A DNA stretch of 64,000 nucleotides, from positions 64,001-128,000 of the forward strand of contig JAURAC010000001.1 in the NCBI GenBank assembly GCA_030586555.1, in the 5' to 3' direction. Positions 19,272-28,871 of the stretch are shown here, piece after piece. Below the pieces are notes generated by a model. The model searched no databases, was not told where the DNA came from, and saw nothing but the letters and a program-made list of their open reading frames with translations. Source of the DNA: Candidatus Subterrananammoxibius californiae (GTDB lineage Bacteria; Planctomycetota; Brocadiia; Brocadiales; Subterrananammoxibiaceae). Positions within the stretch are counted from its first letter, which is position 1. The number at the start of each line of letters is the position of its first letter. Position numbers and translations under genes: made by a program.

Positions 19272-19877
19272 TCATGCATTCTTGCATCTAATGAGGTGGA
19301 ATAAGTTCAAGAAATTAACCCTATGTATCTCTAATATCTTAAGGTTGGCGTCTTCTAATATTTTCTCAGGGTTAAGCGGTTTTCCCAACCCGAGCTTCTC
19401 CCTGATGGATGAAATAGCATTTGATAATACCCCATCTTTACTTCCAAAATAATTTAATACAAAGATTTCCCCCTCTTTTTTACAAACCCTTTTCATCTCC
19501 ATTATAGCTCTGGCGGAGTTAGGCACAACAGTTATAACATAGGCGGCAATAACCTTATCAAATCTGCCATTGGCAAACGCAAGCCTTTCTGCATCCATCC
19601 TATAAAGTGAAACATTAGAAAGCCCCAGAGATAACTTTATCCTCCTTGCCTTTTCAAGCATCTCCCAACATATATCAATCCCTACTACTCTTGAATATCT
19701 CGGATATGAAGGTAACGAAACGCCTGTACCAATGCCCACTTCGAGGATTTTCTCGCCAGGTTGAGGGTTCATTAGCTGAATAGCCTTGTATCGTCCTTGT
19801 GCTAAAATCCTTCCAAAAAGGTAGTCATAAAAGTGGGTATATTTTGAATATATTTTACTTATAGTAATTGTATCCAT
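19272..19877 (-). CDS. Class I SAM-dependent methyltransferase, phospholipid N-methyltransferase (PmtA)-like
   Basis: YD.LFG, ILEVGIGTG, GID..EML, MDAE.L.F...FD, ITVVP motifs; start ambiguous because the upstream extension is a repeat. Confidence 0.75.
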   Translation of the reverse strand: MDTITISKIYSKYTHFYDYLFGRILAQGRYKAIQLMNPQPGEKILEVGIGTGVSLPSYPRYSRVVGIDICWEMLEKARRIKLSLGLSNVSLYRMDAERLAFANGRFDKVIAAYVITVVPNSARAIMEMKRVCKKEGEIFVLNYFGSKDGVLSNAISSIREKLGLGKPLNPEKILEDANLKILEIHRVNFLNLFHLIRCKNA

Positions 19878-19891
19878 TTGCCGCGAAATCT

Positions 19892-19959
19892 GGTAGACAA
19901 CGAACTTTATGTTCGTTGATTTCAATCCGCCTGAGGCGGAATGAACATCGTTGTCTACC
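19892..19959. repeat. GGTAGACAACG family copy 2, with nested TCCGCCTGAGGCGGA palindrome
   Basis: Direct sequence comparison with 7765 and 48052. Confidence 0.9.
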
Positions 19960-19983
19960 TGTCGCTAATGGTTATTATATCAG

Positions 19984-21501
19984 TTAGCCATACTCCACAA
20001 GCACCTTGCAAATAGAATCCTGAATGTCCTTAACCGTTTTAGCGCCAGTTTTGAAATCATTCACAAGTATAGAGAATGCAAGTACGTCGCCGCTCATTGT
20101 TTCAATGTAACCCGAAAGGGCGGTGGCGCCAGATATGTACCCGCTCTTTGCCCGTATTCTGGATTTATACGGTACATCACGCAACCTATTACGCAAGCTT
20201 CCTTCGTCATCTCCGGGGACGGCTAATGACTGCATAAAGGGACGAGAGTATTTATGGTTATACATATAAGCCAATAAACTGGTTATCATTTTTGGAGAAA
20301 ACTTGTTTCCGCTGGACAAACCTGAGCCGTCTACCATTTGATATTGTCCCCGATTATAACCTAATGAATGCATAAAGTCCTGCATCACCTCTATCCCTGA
20401 GGCAAAGCTACCCATTCCCTTCAGGTTAAAGCCCAATGTTTTAAGGATTTGTTCTGCGTAAAAATTTTGACTCCTTGTATTAGCAACAATTACGGTTTGC
20501 TCCATTGTAGAGACAGTTTGTGTAATCGCCGTAATGCTCTTAGTATCACCGTACTCATCAGAATTTATTAGACGTGTTGTACCCAGGACCTTTACACCTT
20601 TTTTCTCAAGAATTTCCTTGAAGACCGTTGCAAGGTATAAGCCTGGATTGTGGATAGTAACCCAGTCCTTTCTTACAGCGGAGTTTGCAAAGAGTCTTCC
20701 ACTTAAGATTATTTCATTTGTTCCTGGTATCCTATCTAATGAATAAAAACGGTCTGAAGGATTGTTTGTGGTCTTGCACTTATTATTTATCGTGACATAC
20801 GCTGTATCAGGTTCAACGGTTACTTTCACCAAATCTCCAATTTTTTTCCCTGGTTCTATTATGAAATCAATGCAATTGTCGTTGAAAGATACCCCCCCTA
20901 CCTCCGCACAATACCACTTAGATAGCTGGTTGCTTGGCCAGGTAGGCGGTATATATTCACGGTCAAAAACCCTGTCATCGGCAATAATGTCCCCGCTAAT
21001 GGCATTGATACCAGCGCCTTTAACCTCACCCGCCCATGATTCTGGAACAGCCGTTACATTCCCATCATTAAACCTCCCGGAGAGGTTAGGGTCACCGCTT
21101 CCTTTAATAATAACATCGCCTTCTAAGGCACCGCCTGGCAAAATCTTGCCACTTCTATAAACGACAGTTTTATACTCGTATTTTGGACCGAAGTAAACAA
21201 GCGCAGCGGCAGTTGTAAATAACTTTGTATTAGAGGCAATAGAAAAGAGTTTTTCCTCGTTACGCTTGTACAGTATTTTATTGTTATTTTCAAGAGAAAC
21301 TACATAAATGCCTACCTGCGCATTATTCAAAACCTTCTTTTTAAGGATAGCAGAAATCCTATCTTCTAAGCCTGTTCTTGCACTGCCTTTGTCTGCCTTA
21401 GGTGGAGGACTCGTTTTCCTGGCAGCGAGACAAATGTGGCAATGACAAAATAGGATTATTATAAAAACAAAAAAGGAAAAGGGGCGTTTCTCTTTTAGCA
21501 T
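19984..21501 (-). CDS. dacB: D-alanyl-D-alanine carboxypeptidase/endopeptidase PBP4 (peptidase S13)
   Basis: ASNTK (SxxK), SQN (SxN), KSG, GSGDP, DGSGLS motifs. Confidence 0.92.
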   Translation of the reverse strand: MLKEKRPFSFFVFIIILFCHCHICLAARKTSPPPKADKGSARTGLEDRISAILKKKVLNNAQVGIYVVSLENNNKILYKRNEEKLFSIASNTKLFTTAAALVYFGPKYEYKTVVYRSGKILPGGALEGDVIIKGSGDPNLSGRFNDGNVTAVPESWAGEVKGAGINAISGDIIADDRVFDREYIPPTWPSNQLSKWYCAEVGGVSFNDNCIDFIIEPGKKIGDLVKVTVEPDTAYVTINNKCKTTNNPSDRFYSLDRIPGTNEIILSGRLFANSAVRKDWVTIHNPGLYLATVFKEILEKKGVKVLGTTRLINSDEYGDTKSITAITQTVSTMEQTVIVANTRSQNFYAEQILKTLGFNLKGMGSFASGIEVMQDFMHSLGYNRGQYQMVDGSGLSSGNKFSPKMITSLLAYMYNHKYSRPFMQSLAVPGDDEGSLRNRLRDVPYKSRIRAKSGYISGATALSGYIETMSGDVLAFSILVNDFKTGAKTVKDIQDSICKVLVEYG

Positions 21502-21938
21502 TACTTCTTCTTTACACGACGGCGAATGGCTTTTGAAGGCAAAGACGGTTCTTTTGGAAGATGCTCAGCCTCTTTCAGTTCCAATATACTCTTCACCTTT
21601 TGTAAAACAATATTCTTATCCAATGGTTTAGCTATAAAATCCTGAGCGCCAGCCTTGGTAAGAGCCGCTTCGGTCCGCTTAGACTTGTTCTCATAGATTA
21701 CAATTATTGGAAGTGATGGGTCAACGCTTCGCAACCCTTTAATAATCTCAATAGCAGGAACCTCATGAACCTCTGTACCAATTAAAGCGAGACTCATTTT
21801 CCGTTCTGCAATGATTGATACCGCAACCTGACTGTTGAGGGCAACCTCTGTTTCGTAACCTTCTAACTCGAAATAGTCTCGGAGGTCGTCCACCGTTTGA
21901 CGAGTATCTTCGATAATCAAGATTCTTGGATATGCCAT
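21501..21938 (-). CDS. Single-domain response regulator, atypical receiver
   Basis: ILIIED...FIAKP; phosphoacceptor region LALIGTE lacks the canonical Asp. Confidence 0.75.
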   Translation of the reverse strand: MAYPRILIIEDTRQTVDDLRDYFELEGYETEVALNSQVAVSIIAERKMSLALIGTEVHEVPAIEIIKGLRSVDPSLPIIVIYENKSKRTEAALTKAGAQDFIAKPLDKNIVLQKVKSILELKEAEHLPKEPSLPSKAIRRRVKKK

Positions 21939-22022
21939 CTTCTATCTCCCCTTTTTTGATTGCGGAGTGTGAAATAATTAATGCAGAATTATTTCATAAT
22001 CCGAGATAGGCACTCCTCATTT

Positions 22023-23612
22023 CTACAACGGTCTTATTAGATGTACAGACTCAATATTTTCAATCCTCCTTATTGCATCTAACGTATCCTGAGATAAACT
22101 CTGGTCAACGTTAAGCACTATGATGGCGTTACCGCCAGTTTCCTTCCTGCCAAATGTCATGCGTGCGATGTTAATGTTCTGGTCTCCCAGTATCTTTCCA
22201 ACATGTCCGATTAAGCCGGGTCTATCCTTGCCAAACAAGATTAACATGTGCCCATCAGGGATTGCTTCAACGGAGTAACCATTAATCTCCACAATCCGTG
22301 CCTCTCTCATATCGAAAACGGTTCCTGCAACAGACCTTTCACCATCGTCAGTATGTATCCTTGCATAAACGAGGTTTGTAAAATTGCTGGGACAGGAGGT
22401 TATAGTTTCGTTTACCTTTATACCCCTTTCGGCGACTATTATGGGTATGCTAACAAGGTTGACCCCTTCGTCAAGGGCAGGCCTTAAGAGCCCAACAAGC
22501 AAGCTATTCGTCAGCAACCATACAGTTTCTTTTTCATTACTAACATCGCCGCAATAAGCCACATCTATGGAACGCAATCCTCCATGGGACAGTTGTACAA
22601 GTACGGAGCCCATCTTCTCTGCAAGTACGGTAAAGGGGCGCAAGCGTTGAAACTCTTCTGGATGAATTACAGGCATATTTACTGCATTATGTATCCCCTT
22701 CCCAGTGAGGGCATCTATCGTCAGTTGGGCGGCTTCCATTGTAACCGCCAGTTGGGCTTCCTCGGTTGATGCACCGAGATGCGGGGTTGCAAGCACCTGT
22801 TCCAATTCTAATAACTTGTTATCAACAGGAGGCTCTATTTCAAAGACGTCAAGGGCAGCTCCTGCCACCTTTCCATTTACAATGGCATCATAAAGGGATT
22901 TTTCTGAGATTATCCCTCCACGTGCGCAGTTAACTATTCGCACACCATCTTTCATTAAATCAAATGCGCGCTTAGCGATTAAATTCTTCGTCTCATTATT
23001 GAGTGGCACATGGACCGTTACATAGTCTGACTGGGTCAATAACGCATCAAGATTTCCTACTACGTGGACATGGAGTTGTGATGACGCATCAGGCGATATA
23101 AATGGGTCGTATCCTATAACCTTCATTTCCAGCGCTGAGGCACGTTTTGCCACCTGGCGTCCAACCCTGCCAAGACCAATTATACCCAGTGTTTTTCCCG
23201 CTATCTGCGTGCCAATAAATCTCTTTCTGTCCCACTGGCCAGCTTTTAGGGATATATAAGCAGGGGCGATGTTCCTTGAAAGTGCAAGGAGCATTGTTAG
23301 TGTGTGTTCTGCCGTGGAGACTATATTTCCACCAGGGGCATTCATAACCACGATGCCTTTCTTACTGGCTGCTACAACGTCAATATTATCCACACCAACA
23401 CCCGCCCTGCATATAACCTTGAGGTTTCCGGCATTTCCCAATATTTCTGCAGTAATCTTCGTTTCACTGCGAAGAATTATTCCAGCGTACTCGCCAATTT
23501 CTTTCTTTAAGTCTGCCGGGGAAATATTGGGCTTTATGACTGCTTCTATAGAGGCATTTTTGAGAATCTTGACGCACTCTTGCGGTACTTTATATGTAAC
23601 TAATACTTTCAT
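22023..23612 (-). CDS. serA: D-3-phosphoglycerate dehydrogenase
   Basis: RAGVGVDNID, GIIGLGRVG, NCARGG, TPHLGAST, C-terminal ACT domain. Confidence 0.96.
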   Translation of the reverse strand: MKVLVTYKVPQECVKILKNASIEAVIKPNISPADLKKEIGEYAGIILRSETKITAEILGNAGNLKVICRAGVGVDNIDVVAASKKGIVVMNAPGGNIVSTAEHTLTMLLALSRNIAPAYISLKAGQWDRKRFIGTQIAGKTLGIIGLGRVGRQVAKRASALEMKVIGYDPFISPDASSQLHVHVVGNLDALLTQSDYVTVHVPLNNETKNLIAKRAFDLMKDGVRIVNCARGGIISEKSLYDAIVNGKVAGAALDVFEIEPPVDNKLLELEQVLATPHLGASTEEAQLAVTMEAAQLTIDALTGKGIHNAVNMPVIHPEEFQRLRPFTVLAEKMGSVLVQLSHGGLRSIDVAYCGDVSNEKETVWLLTNSLLVGLLRPALDEGVNLVSIPIIVAERGIKVNETITSCPSNFTNLVYARIHTDDGERSVAGTVFDMREARIVEINGYSVEAIPDGHMLILFGKDRPGLIGHVGKILGDQNINIARMTFGRKETGGNAIIVLNVDQSLSQDTLDAIRRIENIESVHLIRPL

Positions 23613-23628
23613 AGTAACCCTTCAAATA

Positions 23629-23743
23629 GGCTAAAGGCTTAAGGCTAATGGCTGACGGTTTAAGGCCGAAGTTAAGACCTCCTGACCTCTTAACTTCCCA
23701 ACTTCCTATCTTCCCAACTTCCCAGCATCTTCAGCCCTCAGCC
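23629..23743. repeat. Heptamer (AGGCTAA-like) and octamer (AACTTCCC-like) tandem repeat cluster
   Basis: GGCTAAAGGCTTAAGGCTAATGGCTGA...AACTTCCCAACTTCCTATCTTCCCAACTTCCC...CAGCCCTCAGCCT. Confidence 0.75.
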
Positions 23744-23986
23744 TCATTTAAAAATCATTTTAGCGTAACCATTGTCGAAAGTCAAACCCATTTCAAGAAA
23801 GCCCAAAAAATCTGTGTCTGCCTCAGGCGGACTAAACATGTTTGCGGTAAGATGCGCCCCGAAAGGTTTTTCCCTTGAAACCTTTCCTGAAAACTGTTAG
23901 TATGCCTATTTTGTGACTAAAATCTTATAGTTTAATATTTTGTTCCAACAAGAATTTTTTCTGTCTTACCAATCAAAATAAAAAAG

Positions 23987-25789
23987 ATGAAAGTAGAAAT
24001 AACAAAAAACACTATAATAAAGGACCTGGTGGAAAAATATCCTTCGACCGTAGAGGTGTTCAGGAAGCATAAACTTTTAATTGCAGGAGGCGTTCGAGGA
24101 CCGAATGAACCGCTCGGTTTCTTTGCAAAGGCGCACGATGTAAATTATGATGAGCTTGTAAAGGAGCTTCACGAAGCAATCGAAAAGGGCACGGAGGGTG
24201 CCGTTGCCCCTGTATTGGTAGTAGATAGGCTTTACGAGAAGTATGTAAAAGCCGCAATCATTCTTATCCTGACCGCTGGCGCCACATTTGGCGCCGCCAT
24301 ATTAACCGGCATAGGCATAAAAGGCGATTTCAGGTCTATACCGTATTCCATTATCCAACCACATGGTTTTGCACAACTCTTTGGATGGTTGGGTCTTTGT
24401 ATTATGGGCTTTGGCTATTATATTATTCCCAGGGTAAAAGGCACAGAACTCTACGGTAAAAAGCTGCCAGAGTTTGTCTTCTGGTTAATGATTGGCGGTA
24501 TTGCGCTCAGGACAGTTATTCAGCCGATACCTGACGATAGATTAAATATTTTATTGCCAATATCCGGGGTGGCGCTGGTTGTGGCTGTGTGCCTGTTTGC
24601 ATACGGAATATTCAATACAATGAGGCAGAGCACAAATCCTTTGGAGGTGTTTGACAAGTTCTTTGTAGCAGGCGTTGTCTGGTTCATCATAAATAGCCTG
24701 ATTAACCTTGCAATGACCATTTACTTATTTATATCCCCCTCAAAAGAAATCCCGCAATCAATCTTCGCACCCTTTGTTCACCTCTTTCTCTTTGGTTTTG
24801 CCATTATGTTTATCTTTGCCATTAATCTTAGGACCGTCTATGCATTCTTAGACCTCGAGAAACCAATAACATGGCTTGCAAACAGCTCATTTGTCATCTT
24901 AAACATTGCCGTACCAATTTATTTTATCACTACATGGCTAAAATATAATCACGTAGTTTTTCTTAAGCTTTCACAGCTTTCAATCTACTTTATTGTCCTC
25001 GCAGGCTTCATGTTCATATATGCTATAAGAATATTTAGCAGACAGACAAAGGAACTTGAAGATATAGTAATGGACCGTAGCTATGAAAAGGCTATCAAAG
25101 CCGCCTATGCCTGGTTAATTATTGCCCTGATAATGTTCGTATTCGAAACCTTCTTAAAACAGCCCGAACAGGCGTATCTTTTCCACGGTTCAGCCAATCA
25201 CGCTATTACGGTCGGCTTTATCACTATGATGATAATAGGATACTCATCGAAGATGATTCCTACTTTTACGGGCATTAATCTATTCAGTACACGGCTATCT
25301 GATATAACGTTTATCATGCTTAACACGGGTATCTTTATAAGGGTATCTTCTCAAATAATGACCGGGTTTTATGGAGGACCGTTTTATATTACCAGCTTAT
25401 CATCGGGCTGGATAGAAGTGGGTGGACTTGCTTTATTCGGCGTAAACCTGTGGAAAACCATGAATGCTGCTTACGAGGAAGAAGCTAAAATAACTGAAGC
25501 GTCGGTAGTGTGTGAGCCTGCTCAAGAGCAAGTTAGCGTTGGGAGTCCATCCGCCTCGGTCGTACAAGTGGGGACGATAAAGATTACAAAAGATTCAAAG
25601 ATAGGAGACATAATCCAGAAATATCCTCAGACGTTAGATGTGCTTATTGGACTCGGATTTAAACAGCTCAAAAATCCTATTGCAAGAAGGACCGTCGCAA
25701 AATTTGCCACGGTCGAAATGGCAAGCAAAATGCACAATATCAATCTCGAAAAACTCCTGCAAGTGCTAAATGAAAAATGCCAGGGTTAA
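23987..25789 (+). CDS. Polytopic membrane protein of NnrS-like type flanked by two DUF1858/ScdA-N-like domains
   Basis: ITKN..I.DLVEKYP.T.EVF and ITKD.KI.DII.KYPQT.DVL domains; HG..QLFGW, HLFLFGF, HAITVGF histidines in TM helices. Confidence 0.7.
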   Translation: MKVEITKNTIIKDLVEKYPSTVEVFRKHKLLIAGGVRGPNEPLGFFAKAHDVNYDELVKELHEAIEKGTEGAVAPVLVVDRLYEKYVKAAIILILTAGATFGAAILTGIGIKGDFRSIPYSIIQPHGFAQLFGWLGLCIMGFGYYIIPRVKGTELYGKKLPEFVFWLMIGGIALRTVIQPIPDDRLNILLPISGVALVVAVCLFAYGIFNTMRQSTNPLEVFDKFFVAGVVWFIINSLINLAMTIYLFISPSKEIPQSIFAPFVHLFLFGFAIMFIFAINLRTVYAFLDLEKPITWLANSSFVILNIAVPIYFITTWLKYNHVVFLKLSQLSIYFIVLAGFMFIYAIRIFSRQTKELEDIVMDRSYEKAIKAAYAWLIIALIMFVFETFLKQPEQAYLFHGSANHAITVGFITMMIIGYSSKMIPTFTGINLFSTRLSDITFIMLNTGIFIRVSSQIMTGFYGGPFYITSLSSGWIEVGGLALFGVNLWKTMNAAYEEEAKITEASVVCEPAQEQVSVGSPSASVVQVGTIKITKDSKIGDIIQKYPQTLDVLIGLGFKQLKNPIARRTVAKFATVEMASKMHNINLEKLLQVLNEKCQG

Positions 25790-25914
25790 AAACAAGTATA
25801 GCGGACTATCTTTTAACCCTGCAACGACAAAAGGATGTCCTGCTTTGGGAGTGATAAATAACAAAACACAAGTATTTGTTTTTGATGGTGTTATGAATTA
25901 TTTTTAAAAATAGC

Positions 25915-25942
25915 TTGACATTCTACATACTTTGAATATAAT
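25915..25942 (+). promoter_or_regulatory. Consensus sigma70 promoter for the secreted-paralog array
   Basis: TTGACA-16 bp-TATAAT. Confidence 0.7.
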
Positions 25943-26009
25943 TTTGGCAGTATTTGGAAGCAGTCCCATCGTTTTTTAATAGTTGAATTAAAAAGGAGAG
26001 GAGGCTTCT

Positions 26010-26483
26010 GTGAAGGTTAGTATTTGGAATTGGGTATTTCTGGCATGTATTGTCATTGTTTTGACTATCACAGACCGTAATCTATGTGCCGCAAGTGAAC
26101 ATAGGAAACATTCCAAAGTACATATCACCAATTTTAAAGGCGAAGCAGAAAACAAATTTAAGACTGATGAAAGTGTTTATGTTAAGGGCAGTAATTTTGA
26201 ACCATTGACCAACGTGGATGTTTATGTAACGGAAAACAAAAAATGGGTAAATGGCGACCCTTTAACTGGAACTGATATAAGCTCTGATGGTGTAGAAACC
26301 ATTCAAACCACATCCAATGGCAATATCCTTAAAACAATGGTGTGGGGAGCGCCGACTGTAGTAGGAAAATATGATATTGTTGTTGATGCCAACCAGGATG
26401 GTACGTTTGATACAGGAGATGGTGATGCTGTTGATAACAAAAGCATAGACCCAGGTTTTAAGGTTAAAAGATTTTTACCCTAA
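26010..26483 (+). CDS. Secreted paralog 1 (one unknown repeat domain, YDIVVDANQDG motif)
   Basis: Signal peptide; homology to the four downstream genes; AGGAG RBS. Confidence 0.85.
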   Translation: MKVSIWNWVFLACIVIVLTITDRNLCAASEHRKHSKVHITNFKGEAENKFKTDESVYVKGSNFEPLTNVDVYVTENKKWVNGDPLTGTDISSDGVETIQTTSNGNILKTMVWGAPTVVGKYDIVVDANQDGTFDTGDGDAVDNKSIDPGFKVKRFLP

Positions 26484-26564
26484 ATTAATTCCCAAATATA
26501 CCGATAATGAAATATTATAATATTGTCTTATAAATAGCATTGTTTTGTAAAAGGGGGGCGGAAG

Positions 26565-27026
26565 ATGAAAGCGAAGAAGGCGTTAATATTAGCTGTGGGG
26601 ATTTTAGTTTTTTCTGCTTTAGTTTGTCATCCTCTATGGAGTGGCTTTGCTTATGACGGAACCAAGGTTCGTCCTAATAGGCTGGTTTTTGATAAATGTA
26701 AGAAGGGGAAAAAATTTACTGTAGATGAGGATGTTTATATAAAAGCAAAAAACTTGTTCCATGACGTAGATGTATGGGTATTTATAGTGGAGAATAAATT
26801 AGGCACTTGGAACTTTGGGGACCCTATCGGTACTGACCTGGCAGACGGACCGGTAACTGTACATACCACCACGAAGGGTAAAATACCATGCACATTGATA
26901 TGGGAAAACCCTCTGACTGCCGGATTTTATGATATCGTTGTTGACGCTAACTGCGATGGTACATATAATTCGGGTGATGCTGTATTTGACCGAATCGAAG
27001 AACGTGGGCTTAAGGTCATTGATTAA
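26565..27026 (+). CDS. Secreted paralog 2
   Basis: Signal peptide; EDVYIKA, W.FGD, IWENP, YDIVVDANCDGTY..GDAVFD. Confidence 0.85.
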   Translation: MKAKKALILAVGILVFSALVCHPLWSGFAYDGTKVRPNRLVFDKCKKGKKFTVDEDVYIKAKNLFHDVDVWVFIVENKLGTWNFGDPIGTDLADGPVTVHTTTKGKIPCTLIWENPLTAGFYDIVVDANCDGTYNSGDAVFDRIEERGLKVID

Positions 27027-27186
27027 TTAATAAATAACAAATTTTCTGCCTGGCGCTTAAAGGTTTGCTTTCTCATCTCTAAGCAGTGTTAGGTTCAGGT
27101 TGCAATACCAGAAAAAGGATACGTTCAACGCTGAGACAGCAAAAATATAGCAATAGCAATAGACAGATAATGTGAAGGAGGAAAAC

Positions 27187-28206
27187 ATGCGGCATAGTAA
27201 CCATTTCTTGTTGATGTGTCTCGCTGCTATTTTGTCTGCTGCTATAATCTCTTACCCATCATATCAAACCTATGCCGCCGCTCCCCAGGTCTTTTCTGCT
27301 AAAAAAATAAACGATAAATGTAAAAAAAAGAATAACTTCGCCGTAGGCGATGAGATTTGGGCAAAGGGCAAAGGTCTTGCCAAGAACAAAGACGTAGATA
27401 TATACATTGTAGAGCAGGACGACCGCTGTTTATGGAGATTCGGCGACCCCCTCGTAGATGCCAGTGGTGGCACAGAAACAGTTACTACTAATTCAAAGGG
27501 AAAATTCGGATGTGAAAAAATCTGGAACAGTGCATTGGAAGGTAATTACGATATTATTGCTGATGTTGACCAGAACGGAGAATACAGTTCCGGCGATGCC
27601 GTGGATTCTATTGTTGTTGGAACAGGACTAAGCGTATCAGACACAGAACCGGCTACCGTTGACCCGCTTGGGCTTACCGACCTCGATGGTGATGGGACTC
27701 CAGAAACGGCATGCCTTGCAAGACAGTATTTCTTTTTGCAATTAGATGATGTTTATGCAACAGGCGAAGGGTTTCCCCCCGGCACCAATGTAGATATTTA
27801 CGTAAAAACCAATCAAGGATGGAATTTTGGCGACTCCATAGGCTCAGACGATGGCGATGGCAAAGAAACAGTAACTACAACCGTTGATGACCCTAATACT
27901 ACTGATGAAGATGAGGGGGGAGTGCTGCCGTGTACCATGATATGGGACCACACAGCAACAGCATTACCACCAGGAGAGGCGTTCGATATCGTTGTTGATG
28001 TTAACCAGGATGGTAAATATAATAATGGGGGAATAGGAGATGGGGATACTATTAATGACAGATGTTTTGAGGCGGTTTTGGACCCGGGTGACGAATTTAT
28101 CGGGGCAGGATTTAGAGTAGAGTCAACGACAACAACAACAACAACTACTACTACTACGTCTACAACATCAACGACAACGACATCAACAACGACAACAACA
28201 ATTTAA
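27187..28206 (+). CDS. Secreted paralog 3 (two domains plus Thr-rich tail)
   Basis: Two copies of the shared domain; poly-Thr C-terminus; GGAGG RBS before ATG 27187. Confidence 0.85.
   Translation: MRHSNHFLLMCLAAILSAAIISYPSYQTYAAAPQVFSAKKINDKCKKKNNFAVGDEIWAKGKGLAKNKDVDIYIVEQDDRCLWRFGDPLVDASGGTETVTTNSKGKFGCEKIWNSALEGNYDIIADVDQNGEYSSGDAVDSIVVGTGLSVSDTEPATVDPLGLTDLDGDGTPETACLARQYFFLQLDDVYATGEGFPPGTNVDIYVKTNQGWNFGDSIGSDDGDGKETVTTTVDDPNTTDEDEGGVLPCTMIWDHTATALPPGEAFDIVVDVNQDGKYNNGGIGDGDTINDRCFEAVLDPGDEFIGAGFRVESTTTTTTTTTTTSTTSTTTTSTTTTTI
28124..28200 (+). repeat. ACN trinucleotide low-complexity tract encoding poly-Thr/Ser
   Basis: ACAACAACA...ACTACTACT... Confidence 0.9.
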
Positions 28207-28288
28207 TATGTTAACCTGAGCAGGAATCTTAAAATAGACCAATATCAAAGATTCGTCTTATCTTTTCTGCAAAAAAAGGGGGTGGGCA

Positions 28289-28747
28289 GTGGTAAGGCTT
28301 AAAAATCTATTGAGATTGTTTGGGCTTGTGGTACCCTTCGTTTTCATTTGTTGTCATCAAGTATCATCCTATGCGTATGATGGACCAACGGTTACTTCTG
28401 CGAGAAAATACTTTACGGGATGCAGAGGGGCAAATCGCTTCGATAATGAGGATGAAGACGTTTATGCAAAGGGTAGCAAATTCTCTAAAGATACGGATGT
28501 AGATATATATGTAACAGAAAACAGGTCCTGGCAGTTTGGCGATATAATTGGTTTTTATATAGTTAACGGTTCCGTAACAGCTACTACTAATTTCAGGGGT
28601 AAGCTTAAATGCGCAAAGATATGGGAAAGCCCATTGACGCCTGGTAAATACGATATCGTTGTTGACGCCAACCAGGATGGAACATATAATCAGGGTGACG
28701 CTGTTGATGGGAGAAGTAGTAAACAGGGATTCAAGGTTGTAGATTAG
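28289..28747 (+). CDS. Secreted paralog 4
   Basis: Signal peptide; EDVYAKG, VDIYVTEN, YDIVVDANQDGTY..GDAVD, GFKV. Confidence 0.85.
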   Translation: MVRLKNLLRLFGLVVPFVFICCHQVSSYAYDGPTVTSARKYFTGCRGANRFDNEDEDVYAKGSKFSKDTDVDIYVTENRSWQFGDIIGFYIVNGSVTATTNFRGKLKCAKIWESPLTPGKYDIVVDANQDGTYNQGDAVDGRSSKQGFKVVD

Positions 28748-28871
28748 CGCATCGGAAAACGTATCTTGAAGGTAAAGAGGGAAAAGCAATATCTGGCGCT
28801 GTTGCGTGCAATTCTATTATTATATTAATTAGAACTTTTCTACATTATTAATGAGAAAGGGGGAAGTATAC

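Noticed and set aside
23648..23878. 76-aa ORF
   Set aside because: Made largely of tandem-repeat sequence; no RBS or motif.
23912..23927. TGTGA-N6-TCTTA possible CRP/FNR-type site upstream of the NnrS-like gene
   Set aside because: Second half-site is too poor to support the call.
27045..28800. Weak inverted similarity between intergenic regions ~27064-27126 and ~28750-28790 (possible inversion sites)
   Set aside because: Only short patches match with a large gap, and no recombinase is nearby.
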